Shown here piece by piece: positions 46,879-57,093 of a stretch of 64,000 nt of DNA. Location of the stretch: assembly GCA_910583615.1 (NCBI GenBank), contig CAJTXP010000006.1, positions 31,375 to 95,374 of the forward strand, read 5' to 3'. This stretch comes from an uncultured Lachnospiraceae bacterium (GTDB taxonomy: Bacteria; Bacillota; Clostridia; Lachnospirales; Lachnospiraceae). Position 1 is the stretch's first letter. The number at the start of each line of letters is the position of its first letter. The position numbers were made by a program, and so were the translations under genes. The notes beneath the pieces were generated by a model that ran no database searches, had not been told where the DNA came from, and saw only the letters and a list, made by a program, of their open reading frames with translations.

Positions 46879-47411
46879 ATATGGATATTAACAAAGAAAT
46901 GTATATATGGGTGGATACGGTTTTCCAAAAAACTAAAAAAGAAGGTATTGTATTTGATGGAAACTCATTTGATAATGAAATGGGATTTGGCTTTGAGAAA
47001 AGATGTTATGAGGGAGAATTTATACAACTGTCCCAAAATGGATCAGTGAGAAATTTTGGAAAAGTAAGCATGATACATTATTCGCGGTTTGGACTAAAAT
47101 GGATTGTAAACATCGATAATTTTACTATCAAACTGCCTTTCTTATTAACAGGAAATTTAGCTGTGAATCATGTTTACAGCGGTGAAATTCAAATGATACT
47201 TACTAATAACGCAAAGAAAAAAACAGAAAAATACTCGGATACTGATTTTGCAGTTATATCTGAAAATTGTATTGCAAATTTATCTATTCATGAAAGCTCT
47301 GTCTTTATGGATATTTTTACAGATAAAATAAATTTTAAATTTGCAGATCTGTCAAAAGAGCATTTTTGCTTTGAAGGATATGATGACTGTATAGGAAAAA
47401 TTAACATATGA
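46869..47411 (+). CDS. Hypothetical protein
   Basis: About 180-aa AT-rich ORF; start 46869 or 46881. Confidence 0.55.
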   Translation: MVLNMDINKEMYIWVDTVFQKTKKEGIVFDGNSFDNEMGFGFEKRCYEGEFIQLSQNGSVRNFGKVSMIHYSRFGLKWIVNIDNFTIKLPFLLTGNLAVNHVYSGEIQMILTNNAKKKTEKYSDTDFAVISENCIANLSIHESSVFMDIFTDKINFKFADLSKEHFCFEGYDDCIGKINI

Positions 47412-47430
47412 CTTTTATAAAGTGAACAAT

Positions 47431-47620
47431 AAGCTGGACATCGACAGCGGAAGAACCGGACAGCCCTGTTATCCATGGACCTGAGTTCCGACTACGGGGA
47501 ATCTAATGTACATGATGCCGCAGGCAGGGATCCGCGTCTCCCTGTATTTCAAAGGAGACGAAGAAGAGAGCGCCATAGCGGTGAACTGCATCCGGAGCGG
47601 AAAAGGATGTAAAGAAGTCG
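47431..47620 (+). pseudogene. Fragment of a VgrG/gp5 OB-fold-like gene with in-frame stop
   Basis: Reads KLDIDSGRTGQPCYPWT*VPTTGNLMYMMPQAGIRVSLYFKGDEEESAIAVNCIR; TGA at 47482. Confidence 0.6.
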
Positions 47621-47801
47621 ATCCTCTGGACAACTGCTCTAATGGAGAAATGCATGCCAACTGGTATATCACATATTATTGAGGTAGATAAAATGTTGAC
47701 AAAGAAAGAAATAAAAGAAATTGCCGGAAAATATGCTGTCGCGTTAAAATGATATGCGCCCTTCCGCCGTGGAACACGGGTTTGGGGAGTAACTGTCGGA
47801 T

Positions 47802-47990
47802 ATGAAAAAAATTACGGATGAAGAAAAACAGATTTTGTATATGGTGGCAGAGCAATATCAGGAAATGGGGACAATAACCAATGCCTGTCCACGCTGCGGA
47901 GGGAAATTGATATATTCTGGAAACGATATATCTTATCGTATAATGTGTGAGAATGAATGCGGAATAGTTTTCAGTGTTCGGGGAATCTGA
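47802..47990 (+). CDS. Small Zn-ribbon protein
   Basis: CPRCGGK...CENECG; GGGGAG RBS. Confidence 0.6.
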   Translation: MKKITDEEKQILYMVAEQYQEMGTITNACPRCGGKLIYSGNDISYRIMCENECGIVFSVRGI

Positions 47991-47993
47991 AAT

Positions 47994-48047
47994 AAAACCG
48001 CTTCTTCCGCTGCACGTTTTGAACAGTGCCGGGGAGAAGCGGTTATT
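47994..48047. terminator. Hairpin terminator between the island and pyrG
   Basis: AAAACCGCTTCTTCCG...CGGGGAGAAGCGGTTATT. Confidence 0.7.
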
Positions 48048-48076
48048 TGTCTGACTGATTTTTACTGTGTTTTCTA

Positions 48077-49687
48077 TTACTCCGGAGTCTGCGCCTTCAG
48101 CGCTGCTTCCACAAATCCCTTAAACAATGGATGAGGCCGGTTGGGCCTTGACTTCAGCTCCGGATGCGCCTGCGTGGCAAGGAAGAAGGGGTGGTCCTTC
48201 AGCTCGATCATTTCCACGATCCGTCCGTCCGGAGACAGTCCGGACAGGGTCAGTCCATGTCCGGTCAGGGCGGAGCGGTAGTCGTTGTTGACCTCATAGC
48301 GGTGGCGGTGGCGTTCTTCGATCTGTTCATTTCCGTACAGCGCATATGCCTTCGTATCCTTATTCAGCACGCAGGGACAGGAACCCAGACGCAGTGTTCC
48401 GCCGATGTCCTCCACGCCGTTCTGGTCCGGCATGAGGGCGATGACCGGGTAGGGAGTATTGGGATTCAACTCCATGCTGTGGGCGTCCTCCAGACCGGCC
48501 ACATGGCGCGCATACTCCACGATGGCAAGCTGCATGCCGAGGCACAGGCCCAGAAACGGGATCCGATGTTCTCTTGCATAGCGGATGGCGGTGATCTTGC
48601 CGTCTATGCCCCGGTCGCCGAAGCCGCCGGGCACCAGGATGCCGGTGACATCTCCGAGCATTTCCGCCGCATTCTCTTCCGTGATGAGTTCAGAATCGAT
48701 CCATTTGATATTTACGACGGCCCGGTTGTCGATGCCGCCGTGCTTCAGCGCTTCCACGACGGAAATATAGGCGTCATGGAGCTGGATGTATTTTCCAACC
48801 AGCGCAATATTGACTTCCGTTACCGGGTGGCGGAGCTTGTTGACCATCTCGGTCCAGTCGGTCAGGTCCGGTTCCGGACAGGGAAGACGCAGGCATTCGC
48901 ACGCCACCTGTGCCAGATGCTCCTCTTCCATGGCCAGGGGAGCTTCATACAGATATTCCACGTCCAGGTTCTGCAGTACGTTGTTCTTCGGCACGTTGCA
49001 GAACAGGGCAATCTTGTCTTTAATGCCCTTTTCCAGCGGAAGCTCCGTGCGGCAGACGATGATATCCGGCTGGATTCCCATGCCCTGCAGCTCCTTGACG
49101 GACGCCTGGGTGGGTTTGGTTTTCATCTCTCCGGAAGCTTTCAGATAAGGAATCAGAGTCACATGGATGATGATGGCGTTGTCGTGCCCCACCTCATGCT
49201 GGAACTGCCGGATTGCCTCCAGGAAAGGCTGGCTTTCAATGTCGCCCACTGTGCCGCCGGTTTCGATGATGGCAATATGCATGTCCTCAGAGGTGTAATT
49301 CCGATAGAACCGGCTCTTAATCTCATTGGTAATGTGAGGAATGACCTGTACAGTCCCGCCGCCGTAATCGCCCCGGCGCTCCTTCTGCAGGACGGACCAG
49401 TAGACCTTGCCGGTGGTGACGTTGGAATTCTTGTCCAGACTCTCGTCAATAAAACGCTCGTAATGTCCCAGATCCAGGTCGGTCTCAGCCCCGTCGTCGG
49501 TGACGAACACTTCACCATGCTGAACCGGGTTCATGGTTCCGGGGTCGATGTTGATGTACGGGTCGAATTTCTGCATGGTGACCCTGTAGCCCCGCGCCTT
49601 CAAAAGGCGTCCCAGCGAGGCGGCAGTGATCCCTTTCCCCAGACCGGACACAACTCCTCCTGTAACAAATACGTATTTGACTGGCAT
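48077..49687 (-). CDS. pyrG: CTP synthase
   Basis: [52 protein letters not shown]. Confidence 0.98.
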   Translation of the reverse strand: MPVKYVFVTGGVVSGLGKGITAASLGRLLKARGYRVTMQKFDPYINIDPGTMNPVQHGEVFVTDDGAETDLDLGHYERFIDESLDKNSNVTTGKVYWSVLQKERRGDYGGGTVQVIPHITNEIKSRFYRNYTSEDMHIAIIETGGTVGDIESQPFLEAIRQFQHEVGHDNAIIIHVTLIPYLKASGEMKTKPTQASVKELQGMGIQPDIIVCRTELPLEKGIKDKIALFCNVPKNNVLQNLDVEYLYEAPLAMEEEHLAQVACECLRLPCPEPDLTDWTEMVNKLRHPVTEVNIALVGKYIQLHDAYISVVEALKHGGIDNRAVVNIKWIDSELITEENAAEMLGDVTGILVPGGFGDRGIDGKITAIRYAREHRIPFLGLCLGMQLAIVEYARHVAGLEDAHSMELNPNTPYPVIALMPDQNGVEDIGGTLRLGSCPCVLNKDTKAYALYGNEQIEERHRHRYEVNNDYRSALTGHGLTLSGLSPDGRIVEMIELKDHPFFLATQAHPELKSRPNRPHPLFKGFVEAALKAQTPE

Positions 49688-49819
49688 ATGATTTGATTCC
49701 TCCTGAACTGTCTGTGTGAAAATGTTAGGCTCAAAAATAAAAACTCTTTTCATTATAGCTTATCCGCCGGAAAAAATCCACCTGTTTTCTCTTCTCAAAG
49801 GTAAAATTCTTTTTTATGT

Positions 49820-49893
49820 GTTACTTTTTACGGTGGTTGTGGCCTGCGCCCTGGACCTCTGTGATCTGCAGCGCTGTGTGGACTGGAACAGAC
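49820..49893. mobile_element. Truncated one-ended copy of the MITE-like element (copy 8)
   Basis: GTTACTTTTTACGG...CTGCGCCCTGGACCTCTGTGATCTGCAGCGCTGTGTGGACTGGA, then similarity ends. Confidence 0.8.
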
Positions 49894-50002
49894 GGAATTT
49901 ATATTTATTTTAGAAAAGGGCTGAAAAATTTCTCACAAGGTGTATTGATTTTAAAATGAAGGTTCACTATAATAGGAAGTGCTATGCGCAAGGAGGAGAA
50001 AG

Positions 50003-51898
50003 ATGAATGACAAAAATACTCCATCAGGATCTGGAGATAACAATCAAAAAGGACCAAAGAACCGTCAAAGTATTGTCATATTTATAGTTTTTATGCTGGC
50101 GAGTTTCCTGGCGCTGAACTTCATACAGAATTTCATGAAGGATGCAGGCTCAAAGGAGATCGGTTATAACGAATTTATTGAGATGCTTGAGGAGGATAAG
50201 GTAGAAAAAGTCGAAGATACCGGCCTTACCTGGGAGATCACTCCAAGAACCCAGCCGATGGAAAATGCGGAGATTACTTATTATACAGGAAAGATGGATG
50301 ATGAGGCTCTTCTGCCCCTTTTGAAGGAGAAGGGCGTGGAGATCACACCATACATCCAGGATACTTTTTCCACACTGGTCTGGCAGGTGGTGTGGAGCCT
50401 GCTTCCGCTGCTTTTAATCTGGGTGGCATTTGGCTACCTGATGCGCCGGATGGGCGGCGGCGGAATGATGGGCGTGGGAAAGAGCAAGGCGAAGGTCTAT
50501 ATTGAGAAGGAGACCGGCGTGACTTTTAAGGATGTGGCAGGCCAGGAGGAGGCGAAAGAGTCTCTCGTGGAAGTGGTGGATTTTCTGCATAATCCGGAAC
50601 GCTATGCGGAGATTGGGGCAAAACTTCCCAAAGGTGCGCTTCTGGTGGGACCGCCCGGTACCGGCAAGACGCTGCTGGCGAAGGCGGTGGCGGGAGAGGC
50701 CCATGTGCCTTTCTTCTCTCTGTCCGGTTCTGATTTTGTGGAAATGTTCGTGGGTGTGGGCGCGTCCCGTGTCCGCGACCTGTTTGACGAGGCGAAGAAG
50801 AACGCTCCCTGTATCATTTTTATTGATGAGATCGATGCCATCGGCAAAAGCCGGGATTCCAAACTGGGAGGAAATGACGAGCGGGAACAGACGCTGAACC
50901 AGCTTCTGGCAGAAATGGACGGTTTTGAGAGCAACAAGGCGTGTCTTGTGCTGGCTGCGACCAATCGTCCGGAGATCCTGGATCAGGCGCTTCTGCGTCC
51001 GGGCCGCTTTGACCGGCGCATCATCGTAGAACGTCCGGACCTGAAAGGCCGTGTGGATGTGCTGAAGGTACATGCCAAGAATGTGCGGCTGGATGAGACG
51101 GTGGATCTGGAAGCCATCGCGCTTGCCACCAGCGGCGCAGTCGGGTCAGATCTTGCCAATATGATCAACGAGGCGGCGATTCTTGCGGTGAAGAACGGCA
51201 GACAGGCAGTGTCGCAGAAGGATCTGTTTGAAGCAGTGGAAGTGGTTCTGATGGGCAAAGAGAAGAAGGACCGGATTCTCAGCGCGGAAGAGCGTAAGAT
51301 CGTTTCCTATCATGAGGTGGGGCATGCGCTGGTCAGTGCGCTTCAGAAGGATTCCGAACCGGTGCAGAAGATCACGATCGTTCCCCGTACCATGGGGGCG
51401 CTGGGTTATGTCATGCATGTGCCGGAGGAAGAGAAATATCTGAATACGAAAAAAGAGATCGAAGCCATGCTGGTGGGCTATCTGGGCGGGCGTGCGGCAG
51501 AAGAACTGGTGTTCGAGACAGTGACGACCGGCGCGGCCAATGATATCCAGCAGGCCACCAAGATTGCCCGGGCCATGGTGACCCAGTACGGCATGTCCGA
51601 AAAATTCGGCCTGATGGGACTGGAGTCCAAAGAGAGCCTGTACCTGAACAACGGAACGGTTCTGAACTGCAGTGATGAAACGGCGGCAGACGTGGACAGC
51701 GAGGTCATGCGGATCCTGAAGGAATCCTATGCAGAGGCGAAGCGGCTTCTGTCGGAGAACCGGGACTGTCTGGATAAGATTGCGGAGTTCCTGATTGAGA
51801 AAGAGACCATTACAGGCAAGGAATTCATGGAAATTTTTCATAAGGTAAAAGCGGAAGAGGATGGATACCAGCAGGAAGAGCTGATATTTGCAGAATAA
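50003..51898 (+). CDS. ftsH: ATP-dependent zinc metalloprotease FtsH
   Basis: Two TMs; [27 protein letters not shown]. Confidence 0.97.
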   Translation: MNDKNTPSGSGDNNQKGPKNRQSIVIFIVFMLASFLALNFIQNFMKDAGSKEIGYNEFIEMLEEDKVEKVEDTGLTWEITPRTQPMENAEITYYTGKMDDEALLPLLKEKGVEITPYIQDTFSTLVWQVVWSLLPLLLIWVAFGYLMRRMGGGGMMGVGKSKAKVYIEKETGVTFKDVAGQEEAKESLVEVVDFLHNPERYAEIGAKLPKGALLVGPPGTGKTLLAKAVAGEAHVPFFSLSGSDFVEMFVGVGASRVRDLFDEAKKNAPCIIFIDEIDAIGKSRDSKLGGNDEREQTLNQLLAEMDGFESNKACLVLAATNRPEILDQALLRPGRFDRRIIVERPDLKGRVDVLKVHAKNVRLDETVDLEAIALATSGAVGSDLANMINEAAILAVKNGRQAVSQKDLFEAVEVVLMGKEKKDRILSAEERKIVSYHEVGHALVSALQKDSEPVQKITIVPRTMGALGYVMHVPEEEKYLNTKKEIEAMLVGYLGGRAAEELVFETVTTGAANDIQQATKIARAMVTQYGMSEKFGLMGLESKESLYLNNGTVLNCSDETAADVDSEVMRILKESYAEAKRLLSENRDCLDKIAEFLIEKETITGKEFMEIFHKVKAEEDGYQQEELIFAE

Positions 51899-52010
51899 AA
51901 CAGAAGGACCTGCCGCAGGACGCGGTTGCCAGCGCAATGTTGTTTTATGCGGCTGTCAGCTGTATTCTGCGGCAGACTCTGGTTATGGATGAAAAAAGGG
52001 AGGATGGGAT

Positions 52011-53825
52011 ATGGCGTTTGATATTGAGGAAGAGCTGAAGAAACTGCCTGCAAAGCCGGGGGTCTATCTGATGCATGACGAAAGGGATGCCATTATCTAT
52101 GTGGGAAAGGCCATTTCTCTGAAAAACCGTGTCCGTCAGTATTTTCAGTCCAGCAGAAACAAGGGCGTCAAGATCGAGCAGATGGTAACGCATATCCAGA
52201 GATTTGAATACATCATTACGGATTCAGAGCTGGAGGCGCTGGTACTGGAGTGCAATCTGATCAAGGAACACCGTCCCAAATACAATACCATGCTGATGGA
52301 TGACAAAAGTTATCCGTTCATTAAAGTGACAGTGCAGGAAGACTACCCACGGGTCATGCTGGCAAGGCAGATGCATAAGGACCGGGCAAAATATTTTGGG
52401 CCCTATACGAGCGCAGGGGCAGTGAAGGATACCATCGACCTGATCCACAAGCTGTACGGCATCCGCACCTGCAACAAGGCGCTGCCGAAGATGCAGGGAA
52501 AGGAAAGACCCTGTCTGAATTATCATATTCATCAGTGTCCGGCGCCCTGCCAGGGTTATATTTCCAAAGAGGCATATGGAGAGTCTGTGAAAAAAGCTCT
52601 TTCCTTTCTGAACGGGAATTATCCGCTGATCCAGAAAGAGCTGGAGGAGAAGATGCAGGCGGCGTCGGAAGAACTGGAGTTTGAGAAAGCCATTGAGTAC
52701 CGGGAACTGTTAAACAGTGTGAGCAAGATCGCCCAGAAACAGAAGATTACCAGCAGCCATATGGAGGACAAAGATGTGATTGCCATGGCGTCGGATCAGG
52801 AAGACGCAGTGGTGCAGATCTTTTTTATCCGGGAGGGCAGACTGATCGGCAGGGACCATTTTTGTCTGCACATTGCGGGAGAGGAGAATCCAGAAGAGAT
52901 CCTGACCACGTTTTTAAAGCAGTTTTATGCCGGAACTCCGTACATTCCCCGGGAACTGATGATCCAGTGTGAGATCCGTGAAAAAGAGTTGATTCAGGAA
53001 TGGCTGAGCGGCAGAAAGGGACAGCGGGTCCACATACAGGTGCCAAGAAAGGGCGAGAAGGAAAAACTGGTGGAGCTGGCTATGAAAAATGCGCAGATGG
53101 TGCTGACGCAGGATAAGGAGCGTATCCGGAGAGAGGAAGGGCGTACCATCGGCGCCATGAAGGAGATCGCAAAGCTTCTGGGACTGCCGGGGATCAACCG
53201 GGTGGAAGCGTACGATATCTCCAATATCAGCGGTTTTCAGACTGTGGGTTCCATGGTGGTTTATGAAAAAGGCCGTCCGAAACGTTCGGATTACCGGAAA
53301 TTCCGGATCCGGGGAGTGAAAGGCGCAGACGACTATGCCAGCATGGAAGAGATGCTTACCAGACGGCTTTCTCATTATGAGAATTATCCGGATCTGATCA
53401 TGATGGACGGTGGAAGAGGGCAGGTGAACATCGCCCTGAAGGTCATGGACGCCGTAGGAGTCCATGTGCCCGTGTGCGGCATGGTCAAGGACGACCGGCA
53501 CCGGACCCGGGGGATTTATTTTAATAATGTGGAACTTCCCATCGACCGGGACAGCGAGGGCTTCCGTCTGGTGACGCGGATTCAGGACGAGGCGCACCGT
53601 TTTGCCATTGAATACCACCGGTCCCTGCGGAGTAAAGAGCAGGTCCATTCGATTCTGGACGACATTCCCGGCATCGGCCCGGCCCGCAGAAAAGCGCTGA
53701 TGAAGGGGTTTCAGACGCTGGACGACATCCGGTCGGCCGGTATCGAAGAACTGGCGTCGGTTCCCGGTATGAATATGCGGTCTGCCAGACAGGTTTTTGA
53801 TTTCTTTCATGTTGATAAGCAGTAA
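52011..53825 (+). CDS. uvrC: Excinuclease ABC subunit C
   Basis: PGVYLM...[35 protein letters not shown], HhH IPGIG. Confidence 0.97.
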   Translation: MAFDIEEELKKLPAKPGVYLMHDERDAIIYVGKAISLKNRVRQYFQSSRNKGVKIEQMVTHIQRFEYIITDSELEALVLECNLIKEHRPKYNTMLMDDKSYPFIKVTVQEDYPRVMLARQMHKDRAKYFGPYTSAGAVKDTIDLIHKLYGIRTCNKALPKMQGKERPCLNYHIHQCPAPCQGYISKEAYGESVKKALSFLNGNYPLIQKELEEKMQAASEELEFEKAIEYRELLNSVSKIAQKQKITSSHMEDKDVIAMASDQEDAVVQIFFIREGRLIGRDHFCLHIAGEENPEEILTTFLKQFYAGTPYIPRELMIQCEIREKELIQEWLSGRKGQRVHIQVPRKGEKEKLVELAMKNAQMVLTQDKERIRREEGRTIGAMKEIAKLLGLPGINRVEAYDISNISGFQTVGSMVVYEKGRPKRSDYRKFRIRGVKGADDYASMEEMLTRRLSHYENYPDLIMMDGGRGQVNIALKVMDAVGVHVPVCGMVKDDRHRTRGIYFNNVELPIDRDSEGFRLVTRIQDEAHRFAIEYHRSLRSKEQVHSILDDIPGIGPARRKALMKGFQTLDDIRSAGIEELASVPGMNMRSARQVFDFFHVDKQ

Positions 53826-53889
53826 AAAAAATGGTATGATTTTTTTAACGTCGTATATATGGATATGCGGGAGAAGGAGAACATATTTT

Positions 53890-54819
53890 ATGAAGACAGT
53901 GACACTGAATAAAATGATCGACAAGCTGGGACTTAAGAATCTGGTCCCGGAGGTCGAGACTGAGGGAATCGAGATCAACAGCGCGGAAATCAACCGGCCG
54001 GCGCTTCAGCTTGCCGGGTATTTTGAACATTTTGCCTGTGAACGCGTGCAGATCATCGGGTATGTGGAATATACCTATTTGAACAGCCTGGATCCGGAAG
54101 TGAAGATGAAAAACTATGAGCTTTTCATGTCCAGCAGGATTCCCTGCGTGATCTACGCATCCAGGACAGAGCCGGACGAGGCCATGATTGAGCTGGCGAA
54201 AAAATATAAGAAACCGCTGCTTCTGAGTGACCGCGCCACGTCGTCGCTGATGGCGGAGATTATCCGCTGGCTGAATGTGGAGCTGGCGCCCTGTATCTCC
54301 ATTCACGGCGTGCTGGTGGATGTGTACGGCGAGGGTGTGCTGATCATGGGTGAGAGCGGCATCGGCAAGAGCGAGGCGGCGCTGGAGCTTCTGAAGAGAG
54401 GACATCGTCTGATTACGGACGATGTGGTGGAGATCCACAAGGTCAGCGACGATACGCTGGTCGGGACGTCGCCGGAAATTACGCGGCACTTTATTGAGCT
54501 GCGCGGCATTGGGATCATCGACGTGAAGACACTGTACGGTGTGGAGAGCGTTAAGGAGACCCAGAACATTGATATGGTGATCAAGCTGGAAGAGTGGGAC
54601 AAGGATAAGGAGTATGACCGTCTGGGGCTCAATGAAGAGTATACGGAATTCCTGGGGAACAAGGTCATCTGTCATTCCATTCCCATCCGTCCGGGCAGAA
54701 ACCTTGCCATTATCGTGGAGGCTGCCGCAGTCAATCACAGGCAGAAGAAGATGGGATACAATGCAGCGCAGGAACTGTACCGGAGAGTACAGGAAAGCAT
54801 CAATAAAAATAAACATTGA
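53890..54819 (+). CDS. hprK: HPr kinase/phosphorylase
   Basis: INRPALQLAG, HGVLVDVYG, GESGIGKSE, ELRGIGII, RPGRNLA. Confidence 0.97.
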   Translation: MKTVTLNKMIDKLGLKNLVPEVETEGIEINSAEINRPALQLAGYFEHFACERVQIIGYVEYTYLNSLDPEVKMKNYELFMSSRIPCVIYASRTEPDEAMIELAKKYKKPLLLSDRATSSLMAEIIRWLNVELAPCISIHGVLVDVYGEGVLIMGESGIGKSEAALELLKRGHRLITDDVVEIHKVSDDTLVGTSPEITRHFIELRGIGIIDVKTLYGVESVKETQNIDMVIKLEEWDKDKEYDRLGLNEEYTEFLGNKVICHSIPIRPGRNLAIIVEAAAVNHRQKKMGYNAAQELYRRVQESINKNKH

Positions 54820-54836
54820 CAAGGGGGAAACAAAAC

Positions 54837-55775
54837 ATGAAAGATTATTGCTTTGGAATTGATGTAGGTGGGACGACAGTGAAGATGGGGCTTTTTAAGA
54901 CCGATGGACAGCTGGTGGAAAAATGGGAGATTCCTACCCGTACAGAAGACGGCGGGAAAGCTATCCTGCCGGACATTGCGGCCTATGCGATGGCAAAGCT
55001 GGTGGAGAAGGACATTTCCAGAGAAGAAGTGGCAGGGATCGGGATCGGCGTTCCCGGACCGATCGACGCAGAAGGAGTCGTTCCTCACACGGCGAATCTT
55101 GGCTGGGGTTATAAAGAAGTGACAAAAGAACTGTCGGAGCTGACCGGAGTTGTCTGCAGGGGCGGAAACGACGCCAATGTGGCTGCGCTGGGAGAGATGT
55201 GGAAGGGTGCGGCAGCAGGCCACAAAAGCGGTGTCATGGTTACTCTGGGAACCGGCGTGGGCGGCGGCATCATCGTTGACGGGCGGATCGTCGTAGGAAC
55301 CAACGGCGCAGGCGGAGAGATCGGGCATATTCACGTGGATGACGATATTCCATGGCTCTGCGGCTGTGGGAACCAGGGATGCCTGGAGCAGGTGGCTTCC
55401 GCCAATGGAGTGGTACGGCTTGCAAAATGGATGCAGGAAACTGAAAAAAAAGAGAGCGTTCTGGATCTGGAGACCATGACTGCCAAAGACATATGGGATG
55501 CGGTCAAGGACGGAGATTCGTTCGCCTGCCAGGTGGCGGAACGTTTTGGAAAATACCTAGGGACAGCTCTGGCGAACATTGCAAGTACTGTGGATCCGGA
55601 GGTGTTCGTCATCGGAGGCGGCGTATCCAAGGCGGGACCGGTGATTCTCGACTATATTAAGAAATATTATGTGAAATATACCTATAAAGGCTGCAGGGAC
55701 GCAGAGTTTGTTCTGGCGACTCTTGGAAATGACGCCGGGATCTTCGGATCAGCGAGACTGGTGATTGAGGAGTAG
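54837..55775 (+). CDS. ROK family glucokinase
   Basis: GIDVGGT, NDANVAALGE, TLGTGVGGG, GEIGH, CGCGNQGCLE. Confidence 0.93.
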   Translation: MKDYCFGIDVGGTTVKMGLFKTDGQLVEKWEIPTRTEDGGKAILPDIAAYAMAKLVEKDISREEVAGIGIGVPGPIDAEGVVPHTANLGWGYKEVTKELSELTGVVCRGGNDANVAALGEMWKGAAAGHKSGVMVTLGTGVGGGIIVDGRIVVGTNGAGGEIGHIHVDDDIPWLCGCGNQGCLEQVASANGVVRLAKWMQETEKKESVLDLETMTAKDIWDAVKDGDSFACQVAERFGKYLGTALANIASTVDPEVFVIGGGVSKAGPVILDYIKKYYVKYTYKGCRDAEFVLATLGNDAGIFGSARLVIEE

Positions 55776-55821
55776 GCGTACACAGAAAAAGCGTGCGGCG
55801 GTTTTTGGACAGGAGATGAAA

Positions 55822-55862
55822 AAAGCATAAAGCCCATGACCGTATCATGGGCTTTATGCTTT
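55822..55862. terminator. Bidirectional terminator
   Basis: AAAGCATAAAGCCCATGA / TCATGGGCTTTATGCTTT perfect stem. Confidence 0.8.
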
Positions 55863-55885
55863 CAGATGCAGAGCGTTTGCGTGCA

Positions 55886-56026
55886 TCAATCGTCTTCCAG
55901 CATGGATTGAAAAATATCTTTTAATGCTTTCAGACTTTCATTGTCAGGCGACTCCTGCAGTGCCCGTTCGAGCCAGCCAAGAGCAAGCCTGATAAAACCC
56001 TGAAACTGTTTATTTGTCATGCCCAT
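55886..56026 (-). CDS. Small 46-aa helical protein (absent from the ORF track)
   Basis: GAGGTGA RBS; MGMTNKQFQGFIRLALGWLERALQESPDNESLKALKDIFQSMLEDD; followed by the terminator. Confidence 0.65.
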   Translation of the reverse strand: MGMTNKQFQGFIRLALGWLERALQESPDNESLKALKDIFQSMLEDD

Positions 56027-56137
56027 TTGATCACCTCATTTCAAGCGGTTCTGTATGCAGGTTACTACTGATATTATAATAGAAAGCACATAAAGTGTAA
56101 ACTGCATTTTGCAGTAAAGGACGAAGGGTGATTCCCG

Positions 56138-57040
56138 ATGAAATTTTCCACATTCCTGTATTTTGCAAAATTCGGCGTCCGGACCATCCTGTTCCGGAAA
56201 AAGGATCCGATCCTCGGCACGATTATCGTGACGGACAAGTGCAATCTGAGCTGCCGTCACTGCTCGGTCAACAATCTCACAGGGGTGGTTCATCCATACG
56301 GGCAGATCAGAGGAGAGATGGAGCAGCTGTATGCCATGGGCGTGCGGATCCTGTTCTTCTGCGGCGGAGAGACGTTTCTGTGGAGAGACGGGGAGAAGCG
56401 CCTCCGGGATCTGGTGATCGAGGCGAAGAAGATGGGGTTTCTCATTGTCAATGCGGTCACCAACGGCACCTTTCCCATCGATCTGCCGGAGGCGGACCTG
56501 ATCCTTTTGAGCCTGGACGGAGACCGGGAGCGGCATAACCGGATCCGGGGCGAGACCTACGATCTTATCATGGAGAACATCCGCCACGCCTCATCGGACA
56601 ACATCTGCTTTTACATGGCGGTCAACCAGATAAATAAAGACGCGATTCCGGAGGTGTGCCGGACCGCAGAGGATATGGAGCATGTGCGGGCAGTCTCTTT
56701 TAATTTTCACACGCCCTATCCGGATACAAAGGATCTGGCCCTTGGTCGGGAGGAAAAGGCCGCCTGCTGCCGGGAGATTACCCGGATGATGAAGGAAGGG
56801 GCGCCGGTCTTCAATCTGAAGAGCGCTTTTCCGTACCTGATCGACAACCGCTTTCCCACACCCTGTCGACAGTGCGTGGTCATGGAAAATGGAAAACTCA
56901 GTATCTGCGGGCGCTGCATCGAGGTGGAGGGTCTGTGTGAGTCCTGCGGATATTTCTTCGTGGCGGAGTATACATTACTGTTCCGGGGAAATCTAAGGAT
57001 CATCCTGGAGATGCTGCGTACTTATCTGAAATACATATAA
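56138..57040 (+). CDS. Radical SAM protein
   Basis: CNLSCRHC, GGE, TNGT, SLDG; Cys-rich C-terminus. Confidence 0.9.
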   Translation: MKFSTFLYFAKFGVRTILFRKKDPILGTIIVTDKCNLSCRHCSVNNLTGVVHPYGQIRGEMEQLYAMGVRILFFCGGETFLWRDGEKRLRDLVIEAKKMGFLIVNAVTNGTFPIDLPEADLILLSLDGDRERHNRIRGETYDLIMENIRHASSDNICFYMAVNQINKDAIPEVCRTAEDMEHVRAVSFNFHTPYPDTKDLALGREEKAACCREITRMMKEGAPVFNLKSAFPYLIDNRFPTPCRQCVVMENGKLSICGRCIEVEGLCESCGYFFVAEYTLLFRGNLRIILEMLRTYLKYI

Positions 57041-57093
57041 TATTGGGATTAAAAGATATTTGACCCTGGTATCATACATATGAGGGGGAAACG

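Larger units (their letters stand above)
43150..47993 (+). other. AT-rich island of short co-oriented orphan genes (putative polymorphic-toxin immunity array)
   Basis: Abrupt compositional shift between lsrF and pyrG; at least seven unrelated small ORFs, all on +, separated by gene fragments. Confidence 0.75.
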
